The position numbers were made by a program, and so were the translations under genes. Under the pieces are notes generated by a model. The model saw only the letters and a program-made list of their open reading frames with translations, had not been told where the DNA came from and made no database searches. This document shows, in pieces, positions 1 through 8,321 of a stretch of 21,478 nt of DNA. Positions within the stretch are counted from its first letter, which is position 1, and the number at the start of each line of letters is the position of its first letter. The stretch covers positions 27,949-49,426 of the forward strand of contig NW_003314480.1 in the NCBI RefSeq assembly GCF_000143415.4, read 5' to 3'. This stretch comes from Selaginella moellendorffii (lineage: Eukaryota > Plantae > Lycopodiophyta).

Positions 1-173
1 TGGCTAACACTCCATTGCTTGTGCAATGAGTAGCGGAAACCGAGTAGGACCAAGTAGGAGCTGGTACATATATCGAGAACCTTGGCAAGGGAACTTAGCA
101 TAAGCCAAGGCAGTGTTGGTCCGATAAACAAGGTAAGCAAGCAAATTGGAAAGGAAAAATTTTGTGGCTTACA
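1..173 (+). mobile_element. 3' part of LTR-B (long LTR), cut by window start
   Basis: Aligns with ~7669-7830 and ends ...AAATTGGAAAGGAAAAATTTTGTGGCTTACA. No PBS follows, so it is a 3' or solo LTR. Confidence 0.8.
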
Positions 174-1476
174 ACAGGTTGATATGTTAATGGTACCTTA
201 GGGTGTCGGTCATGGCATTGAACACACTGGAGCACTTAGACCAAGTGCAATGGTTGAGTGGCACGGATGCCAATTTTTGGAGGCTAGTAAGTCCCTAAGT
301 CCAAAATAGGACGTATGGAGGTTGTGAGTGAGACTCCTCCAAGTGGTCGAAGGCGTGGTTAGGTGACTAAAGTAGAATGGAAAATTTAGTCGCTTACAAT
401 TTGGAATCGGAACTGTTCCTTAGTCCGACTTTTATTGGTGCTCAAGTATATCACCACTGGAGCTGGCATTGAAAGGTCCTAGGAGTGGGCCTATCCTTGA
501 GGAGTAGGTCGGGAAGACATGACTCTACACTACAGTTTATGTGTGAACTTGTAGGCGAAGTGGTGAATAGAAAAATGCCAATAATGGAACGGTTTTGGGA
601 TCTTGGGAATAGTATAAAGTTATCCTTAGAGAGTTGAAGATGTGATCCAAATGAGCGTTTGACTTAGCAAACTGGCTAATATAGTTGTGGTAAACAACTA
701 TAGTTGGGATCACAGGAAATATAGAGATTCCAAAGCAATAAAGGAGTCACAAAACTATCCTCATATAGTTGAGGTTAGTACTCATGAATGTGAGACCAGG
801 ATTAATGACTGTGGGAGGTTAAATATGGAAGAGGACACAAGTCCTTGGAATGGTAGCCGGGGCTACCTTTAATAGATGCTGGAACAACCCAAGGAATTGG
901 GGGTGTACTTAGATCATGAGTTTGTATCCGCATCACATGGACAAGTAGTCCTAAAGGGTAAAGGTTGCCCTCAGAGAACAAATTATAGTGTTGGAATAAC
1001 ACTTATAATGGTTGTTCTGGTGAGTAGAACATGAATACAAGAAGTTGTATTCCAATGAGCTGGCACGTCAAAAGTAAGATCTTATAGGTCAGGGGATTAT
1101 GAAAAGTCCAAAAGGCTAAATGACTTAAGTGGAGTCAAGGAATGGTTCTAAAGGACTGATGGAAGCATTTGGATTGAGGTGTGTTGTGCTCCACGAAAGA
1201 TAGGGAGGATCATAAGATCCAAGTATGAGAACGGTGGGTAGCTTATGGGTGGCAGAATGTGCCATACTAAAGTCATGGGAAAGGTGTTCCCAGAAGAAGC
1301 AACTTTGGTGCAGAGTTGTGTGCAAACACTATGGTGTAGTGCTAACGGATAGTTAGCACAAGAAACGACCAGGTTGGTCTTGGCAAAGACTTAGACACAA
1401 GTGCAAAGTGTTATAAAGGCAGACTCATGGAGCCGATGGTGTGGAGACACCAAATGGGCCAAGGTGTGATACCTTG
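174..1476 (+). mobile_element. Degenerate LTR-retrotransposon remnant (LTR 3' end at 398, decayed PBS, non-coding internal sequence)
   Basis: ...GGAAAATTTAGTCGCTTACA (ends 398) is followed by ATTTGGAATCGGAAC, resembling the PBS TGGTATCAGAGC. No credible ORF downstream. Confidence 0.45.
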
Positions 1477-1576
1477 NNNNNNNNNNNNNNNNNNNNNNNN
1501 NNNNNNNNNNNNNNNNNNNNNNNNNNNNNNNNNNNNNNNNNNNNNNNNNNNNNNNNNNNNNNNNNNNNNNNNNNNN

Positions 1577-2298
1577 ACCCTAAACCCTAAACCCTAAACC
1601 CTAAACCCTAAACCCTAAACCCTTAAACCCTAAACCCTAAACCCTAAACCCTAAACCCTAAACCCTAAACCCTAAACCTAAACCCTAAACCCTAAACCCT
1701 AAACCCTAAACCCTAAACCCTAAACCCTAAACCCTAACCCTAAACCCTAAACCCTAAACCCTAAACCCTAAACCCTAAACCCTAAACCCTAAACCCTAAA
1801 CCTTAAACCCTAAACCCTAAACCCTAGACCCTAAACCCTAAACCCTAAACCCGAAACCCTAAACCTTAAACCCTAAACCCTAAACCCTAAACCCTAAAGC
1901 CTAAACCCTAAACCCTAAACCTAAACCTAAACCCTAAACCCTAAACCCTAAACCCTAAACCCTAAAACCCTAAACCCTAAACCCTAAACCCTAAACCCTA
2001 AACCCTAAACCCTAAACCCTAAACCCTAAACCCTAAACCCTAAACCCTAAACCCTAAACCCTAAAACCCTAAACCCTAAACCCTAAACCCTAAACCCTAA
2101 ACCCTAAACCCTAAACCGGCACACGGAGAATGTGGATTGCACAAAGTGGTGCCGAAATCTCGCCAGATTGCAACACCGCGGGGTGTCTTTGACCCTAAAC
2201 GCCTAAACGCGCCTAAACCCTAAACCCTAAACCTAAACCCTAAACCCTAAACCCTAAACCTAAACCCTAAACCCTAAACCTAAACCCTAAACCCTAAA
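1577..2298 (+). repeat. Plant telomeric repeat tract (CCCTAAA)n, copy 1, with a 74-bp non-telomeric insert at 2118-2191
   Basis: Direct reading. C-rich strand is on +, so a chromosome end would lie to the left. Occasional variant units (CCTAAA, CCTTAAA, CCCTAGA, CCCGAAA). Confidence 0.98.
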
Positions 2299-2552
2299 GC
2301 CTTCTTGGGCCAAACTAGCCTTTCTTGGCTAAATTGGCTCCACTAGGGTCCAACCCCCACACTCTCTCTATTATACTTTTGGTCTCAGGTCCATCTCAAC
2401 TTCCATCTTGGGTCTATCTTGGACTCCATCTCGAACTCCATCTCAGGTCCATCTCAGACACCATCTTGGGTCCATCTTAGACTCCATCTCAGGTCCATCT
2501 CGAGTCCATCTCGGACTCCATCTTAATATTGGCTCAATTGCTCCGAGTCTAG
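2299..2552. repeat. Telomere-adjacent segment with a ~12-bp minisatellite (GGACTCCATCTC-like, ~2381-2524); probable diverged LTR-B-related fragment
   Basis: TATACTTTTGG followed by 12-mers mirrors TATACTTTTGG and the GGACTCGATCTC repeats of the inverted LTR-B (~20382-20730). Repeated at 4011-4264. Confidence 0.55.
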
Positions 2553-2557
2553 GTGGA

Positions 2558-3123
2558 TGTAAGCAACCAAAGGGAACGACTCGAGAGACGATCCATGGGG
2601 TTCAAATATAGAGGGAAAGGGCCCATGAACAAGAGTGCACCCCCTTTTCCAATTGGTCAAGGGTCTTGGGATATTTGGGGTTAAGTGTCCTTGGGTGTGA
2701 ATAGTGCTGGGCTGGGTGACCTCCCGGGAAGTCCAAACTCAGGAGCTTACATTTGGTATCAGAGCGGTCTTGGGTCCGACTCTGTTGGTTGGCTAGGGGA
2801 ATCACACCACATGTTGATTGACATCTGGCTGGTCCAGTTTGCTCCTGCTGGGCTCGACCCGAGGGGTAGGGTGTCAAGAGAGCAGGGCTCTCGGGAGAGC
2901 TGCGGCTCTCAGCTTCCGTTCACGAGGGCGTGAACTTGCAGGGAAGCGTGGTGGATTGTAAGCAACCAAAGGGAACGACTCGAGAGACGATCCATAGGGG
3001 TTCAAATATAGAGGGAAAGGGCCCATGAATAAGAGTGCACCCCCTTTTCCATCGGTTAAGGGTCTTGGGATATTTGGGGTTAAGCGTCCTTGGGTTTGAA
3101 TAGTACTGAGCTGGGTGACCTCC
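2558..3123 (+). mobile_element. Cassandra-like TRIM, copy truncated by assembly gap (LTR 2558-2751, PBS 2754-2765, internal, partial LTR from 2957)
   Basis: TGTAAG...CTTACA termini and PBS TGGTATCAGAGC. Essentially identical to 4270-4836. Confidence 0.9.
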
Positions 3124-3616
3124 NNNNNNNNNNNNNNNNNNNNNNNNNNNNNNNNNNNNNNNNNNNNNNNNNNNNNNNNNNNNNNNNNNNNNNNNNNNNN
3201 NNNNNNNNNNNNNNNNNNNNNNNNNNNNNNNNNNNNNNNNNNNNNNNNNNNNNNNNNNNNNNNNNNNNNNNNNNNNNNNNNNNNNNNNNNNNNNNNNNNN
3301 NNNNNNNNNNNNNNNNNNNNNNNNNNNNNNNNNNNNNNNNNNNNNNNNNNNNNNNNNNNNNNNNNNNNNNNNNNNNNNNNNNNNNNNNNNNNNNNNNNNN
3401 NNNNNNNNNNNNNNNNNNNNNNNNNNNNNNNNNNNNNNNNNNNNNNNNNNNNNNNNNNNNNNNNNNNNNNNNNNNNNNNNNNNNNNNNNNNNNNNNNNNN
3501 NNNNNNNNNNNNNNNNNNNNNNNNNNNNNNNNNNNNNNNNNNNNNNNNNNNNNNNNNNNNNNNNNNNNNNNNNNNNNNNNNNNNNNNNNNNNNNNNNNNN
3601 NNNNNNNNNNNNNNNN

Positions 3617-4010
3617 TAAACCCTAAAACCCTTAAACCCTTAAACCCTTAAACCCTTAAACCCTTAAACCCTTAAACCCTTAAACCCCTAACCACCCTAA
3701 ACCCTAAACCCTAAACCCTAAACCCTAAACCCTAAACCCTAAACCCTAAACCCTAAACCCTAAACCCTAAACCCTAAACCCTAAACCCTAAACCCTAAAC
3801 CCTAAACCCTAAACCCTAAACCCTAAACCGGCACACGGAGAATGTGGATTGCACAAAGTGGTGCCGAAATCTCGCCAGATTGCAACACCGCGGGGTGTCT
3901 TTGACCCTAAACGCCTAAACGCGCCTAAACCCTAAACCCTAAACCTAAACCCTAAACCCTAAACCCTAAACCTAAACCCTAAACCCTAAACCTAAACCCT
4001 AAACCCTAAA
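3617..4010 (+). repeat. Telomeric repeat tract, copy 2, with the same 74-bp insert at 3830-3903 and a run of 7 CCCTTAAA variants at 3629-3684
   Basis: Direct reading. Confidence 0.98.
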
Positions 4011-4269
4011 GCCTTCTTGGGCCAAACTAGCCTTTCTTGGCTAAATTGGCTCCACTAGGGTCCAACCCCCACACTCTCTCTATTATACTTTTGGTCTCAG
4101 GTCCATCTCAACTTCCATCTTGGGTCTATCTTGGACTCCATCTCGAACTCCATCTCAGGTCCATCTCAGACACCATCTTGGGTCCATCTTAGACTCCATC
4201 TCAGGTCCATCTCGAGTCCATCTCGGACTCCATCTTAATATTGGCTCAATTGCTCCGAGTCTAGGTGGA

Positions 4270-5263
4270 TGTAAGCAACCAAAGGGAACGACTCGAGAGA
4301 CGATCCATGGGGTTCAAATATAGAGGGAAAGGGCCCATGAACAAGAGTGCACCCCCTTTTCCAATTGGTCAAGGGTCTTGGGATATTTGGGGTTAAGTGT
4401 CCTTGGGTGTGAATAGTGCTGGGCTGGGTGACCTCCCGGGAAGTCCAAACTCAGGAGCTTACATTTGGTATCAGAGCGGTCTTGGGTCCGACTCTGTTGG
4501 TTGGCTAGGGGAATCACACCACATGTTGATTGACATCTGGCTGGTCCAGTTTGCTCCTGCTGGGCTCGACCCGAGGGGTAGGGTGTCAAGAGAGCAGGGC
4601 TCTCGGGAGAGCTGCGGCTCTCAGCTTCCGTTCACGAGGGCGTGAACTTGCAGGGAAGCGTGGTGGATTGTAAGCAACCAAAGGGAACGACTCGAGAGAC
4701 GATCCATAGGGGTTCAAATATAGAGGGAAAGGGCCCATGAATAAGAGTGCACCCCCTTTTCCAATCGGTTAAGGGTCTTGGGATATTTGGGGTTAAGCGT
4801 CCTTGGGTTTGAATAGTACTGAGCTGGGTGACCTCCCGGGAAGTCCAAATTCAAGAGCTTACAATTTGGTATCAGAGGGGTCTCGGGTCCGACTCTGTTG
4901 GTTGGCTAGGGGAATCACACCACATGTTGATTGACATCTGGCTGGTCCAGTTTGCTCCCGCTGGGCTCGACCCGAGGGGTAGGGTGTCAAGAGAGCGGGG
5001 CTCTCGGGAGAGCTGCGGCTCTCAGCTTCCGTTCACGAGGGCGTGAACTTGCAGGGAAGCGTGGTGGATTGTAAGCAACCAAAGGGAACGACTCGAGAGA
5101 CGATCCATGGGGTTCAAATATAGAGGGAAAGGGCCCATGAACAAGAGTGCACCCCCTTTTCCAATTGGTCAAGGGTCTTGGGATATTTGGGGTTAAGTGT
5201 CCTTGGGTGTGAATAGTACTGGGCTGGGTGACCTCCCGGGAAGTCCAAACTCAGGAGCTTACA
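4270..5263 (+). mobile_element. Complete tandem-array Cassandra-like TRIM: 3 LTRs (4270-4463, 4669-4863, 5070-5263) and 2 internal domains, 5-bp TSD GTGGA
   Basis: TGTAAG/CTTACA inverted termini. PBS complementary to the tRNA-iMet 3' end at 4466 and 4867. Purine-rich AGGGAAGCGTGGTGGA before LTR2 and LTR3. TSD at 4265-4269 and 5264-5268. 5S-like segment in each LTR. No coding capacity. Confidence 0.93.
4392..4446 (+). promoter_or_regulatory. 5S rRNA-derived Pol III type-1 internal control region (A box-IE-C box) inside LTR-A; recurs in each LTR-A (e.g. 2680-2734, 5192-5246, 18882-18936 minus)
   Basis: GTTAAGYGTCCTTGGGT..GAATAGTRCT...TGGGTGACCTCCCGGGAAGTCC aligns without gaps to nt ~51-105 of plant 5S rRNA as recalled. 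The 18882-18936 copy matches 50/55. Confidence 0.88.
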
Positions 5264-5652
5264 GTGGAGCCCAAGTCCCCATTCAATCTTTACTTTCCCC
5301 TTATTAAAAAAACAACTTCGTAGACTTCCAATAACATGCTGTAACACTTCTAGTATAATGCAAATCCTCTCAAAGAATTGTCTTTTAATATTAATACAAT
5401 GGCATGGAACCCCATGCCATAATAAGTTACATTTTTTAATAAATACATGCCATCCCAAACTTTTATTTTTTGCCTCCAACGCCTATACAATAATCTTGGA
5501 ATTTCATCACTCTCCACACTATCAGGATTTAAACCCAATAGTAATGCCATCTCTTCTCTAATACGTCCACGCTCATGTTCAGTGGTCGAAGAACCCATCC
5601 GGTTGAGCAGATTATGGAGATGCGGATAGTGCTTGGCTAGACAATATACATG

Positions 5653-6682
5653 CTATAAATGATGACTGGTGTCTGTCCGATCAAATGGCTTCTGATATAC
5701 CGTTCCATCTGCCATTTGGTTGATTTCTGCAGCCACCTCCTGGACTGGCCGGTTCTCTAGCACCATCGCTCCAAGCCGTTTTGCAAGGTCCCCCAGAACA
5801 TACGATTTCTTCTCCCTAGTTTCCATACTGCAAGAGATGGGGTGCACTGCATATGTGTGCGTGTTCCCTGTAGTTTTAATCGGCAAGTCATCGATGATGA
5901 GGATTTCACTTGACCTAGCAGTCCGGTTCATCACTACAGCCTCTGGCTTGACAAAGATGGGCTTGCTACCCCTCACATGGACCATAGTCAAGCAATCCTC
6001 CTGCGTTAGGAGAAAGTCAAATGGTAATATTACTCGCGTCTGATCGTGCATCATCTGTAGCAACGTTAATGCATTGTGGCACATCATGGATGTCCAAACT
6101 CCCAATTGCAAATTGAACCCGGCCCTCTGTTTTAAGTGTCGCATGGTCATTATTAGATCCCGCAGTTTCTCCTGTGTAATTAATGTGAATCTGTCTCTTT
6201 TGACCAACTTGCGACCGCAGGCTTTGGAGGGTGCAGTGACATTCAAGGACGAGCCACGCTCATGGGAGAAAAGGACACCGTTCAGATCAAAAACAATACA
6301 GTACCTTCGCCGTGACTCTGAAATGAAATGCGTCAGCATAAAAAATGGTACAAGTCAATTTTACCATCTACAATATTAGCGAATGGTGCTCCCGATGGTC
6401 GTTGAGAGGGTTTTGGTCGTGGAAACGTGAAGGGCGGAAATACTCTCCTCTGCAATGTGGGGTCAATCGCATCCGATGGCGTGTGGGCACATGCCATTTC
6501 AGCTGTAGACTCTGGTACAACTGGCTCAACAGTGGCATGGGGTGGTTCCGATGGCGTGTGATCACACGCCATTTCAGCTGGTGCCTCTGTTGGCAAAGTG
6601 GACATGACCGAACAGGCAGCAGGGGTGGTGTAGGGAGGTTCCAACGGCGCGTAGTCAGACGATTGGGCACACGTTGAGTCCG
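5653..6682 (-). CDS. FCP1/NIF-like (HAD superfamily) phosphatase-domain protein; exons ~6682-6365 and 6317-5653; 5' end lost at LTR-B
   Basis: Motifs IVFDLNGVL, LGVWTS, FLLTQEDC, KPIFVK and ILIIDDLPIK..N are typical of plant FCP1-homology proteins. A phase-compatible 47-bp GT-AG intron (6364-6318) links a Pro/Thr-rich exon with two EMACxHTPS repeats. The 3' end is uncertain (possible further exon ~5636-5450). May be a pseudogene. Confidence 0.65.
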
Positions 6683-7830
6683 TGTAAGGAACCAACTCGC
6701 CGAGGTGTCGTAGGCTAAGGGAACCCCGAAAGCATGACCAAAATGACAAAGAGTTCATCGGATGGGACCAAGTCAAAGATCGAGTCCAAGACCGACTCTA
6801 GGACCGAGTTCGAGATAGAGTCCGGAATCGAGTCCAAGACCGACTCGGGGACCGAGTTCGAGTCCGAGTTCGAGACCGAGTTCGAGACGGAGTCCGAGAT
6901 CCGAAATCGGGTCCGAGACCGAGTCCGAAGTCGAGTCCGAGGTCGGGCCCGAGATCGGGTCCGAGATCGAGTCCGCGATCGAGTCCGAGACCGAATCCGA
7001 AGTCGGATCCGAAATCGGATCCGAGATCGAGCCAGAGACTAAGTCCAAATACTAATACGGGTCAAGGGGTGAAAGCCCAAAGCGTGCGTCCCCCAGGGGG
7101 GGGGGGCTGCAGGGGGTTCCAAAAGTATAGTAGGGATAGTGAGGTCCAGGAACCAGTTTAGAAGGGACTCTCCAGTGGGGCTCCCAAACTGACTTGAGGT
7201 TGGGACTGGGACTGAGGGGCCTTGGGTGGGAGTGAGCATGGACTTGGTTGGTGCCGGAGGGGCCATCCAAGGAAGTGCTCAAGAGCAGCTCCCACTCCCG
7301 AAAGGGAAACCGATTGCGGTGCTCCCGGCTCATGTGGAGTGGTGCCCCACTTGAGTACCATGCGGCTCATTGGTCCTCGCCCTTCCTAGGGGCTTGGGCC
7401 TTCCTTCGGGATGGAAGTGGGGGGCGAGAGGTACCCATGCCGGGCCGTTAGGCCACGGTGTTTCGCCCCGGCGTCCCGAAGCAAGTGTTGCACTCAAGAC
7501 TTGGGATTTAGAGGGTCCCATGATCAAGTCTTGTGGTACCAAGGGATGTTAGGAACCTGGAAGCTTGGTGTGCTTGGCTGCTTGTGCTTGCGGGGAGTGT
7601 AGCCGAACCTTAAGTCCAGTCTAACCCGGGGAGGGGGATTGGGAGTGATTTGGGAATCCGTGGAAGGATGGCTAACGCTCCATTGCTCGTGCAGTGAGTA
7701 GCTGAAACCAAGTAGGAGCTGGTACCATAGGCGATAACCTTGGCAAGGGAACTTAGCAAGAGCCAAGGCAGTGTTGGACGAATAGACGAGGTAAGCTGGC
7801 AAATTGGAAAGGAAAAATTTGTGGCTTACA
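6683..7830 (+). mobile_element. LTR-B, ~1148-bp solo LTR
   Basis: Starts TGTAAGGAACCAA and ends CTTACA. Homologous copies at 1-173, 19725-20739 (minus) and 20736-20865; the last two are followed by a PBS. No TSD (GTCCG vs CTCAA). Confidence 0.8.
6775..7045 (+). repeat. 6/12-bp minisatellite (CGAGTC/CGAGAC/CGAGAT) within LTR-B
   Basis: Direct reading. It generates the spurious RD- and SD-rich ORFs. Inverted counterpart at ~20460-20735. Confidence 0.9.
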
Positions 7831-8321
7831 CTCAACTTCTATTGATATAACCATTCCACTTTGGAACTTTTGACAAAAATTCAACAGTCAAAAGGGAAAC
7901 TTTGTTACATCCATGGACGTAATTTAATATGCCAACTATAAGAGCAAGAAATCTAAAAGATATCAATCAAATGAAGTACCTACATGGCTGCTTGTAAATA
8001 ATCAAATAGAAGAGAAGGAAATGTTTTAAGAGAGACACCTAAGCTCAGACTAAATACATATATATGGATTTACTATATATGACTATACATGAATTTAAAA
8101 TAACTGAAATAATAATAATTATGACTTTTTAAACTAAATTTCTTAAATAAACTTAAATATGGATTGTTGTGCACTCAACGTCGTCAACACATTATCTATG
8201 CCGTTTCCCTTACTGTCACCAATAGAGAACCAAAGGAAAACCAGAATCATAAGACTCGCTTTGTATCAAAGTCTAGCTGAATCGCACCTGGAAAGCCTCC
8301 TTTACCACTAAATACTGGTGA

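Noticed and set aside
2680-2734. Functional 5S rRNA genes / 5S rDNA array
   Set aside because: Only nt ~51-105 are present, inside TG...CA LTRs with PBS and TSD; the 5' half of 5S is missing.
3090-3651. 178-aa ORFs
   Set aside because: Artefacts of translating the N gap.
2408-5172. Short repeated ORFs (61-91 aa) in the TRIM and adjacent repeats
   Set aside because: No recognisable domains; many start at non-ATG codons and frames are not conserved between copies.
4270-5263. CRISPR-like repeat-spacer array
   Set aside because: Repeats are ~194 bp, the 'spacers' are near-identical internal domains, and the context is eukaryotic.
6734-7048. RD/RS-rich and SD-rich ORFs resembling SR proteins (also 20439-20791)
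   Set aside because: Translations of the LTR-B 6/12-bp minisatellite.
6673-7836. GTTGAG/CTCAAC inverted flanks around LTR-B as TIRs
   Set aside because: Only 6 bp, asymmetrically spaced and not present at other LTR-B copies; likely chance.
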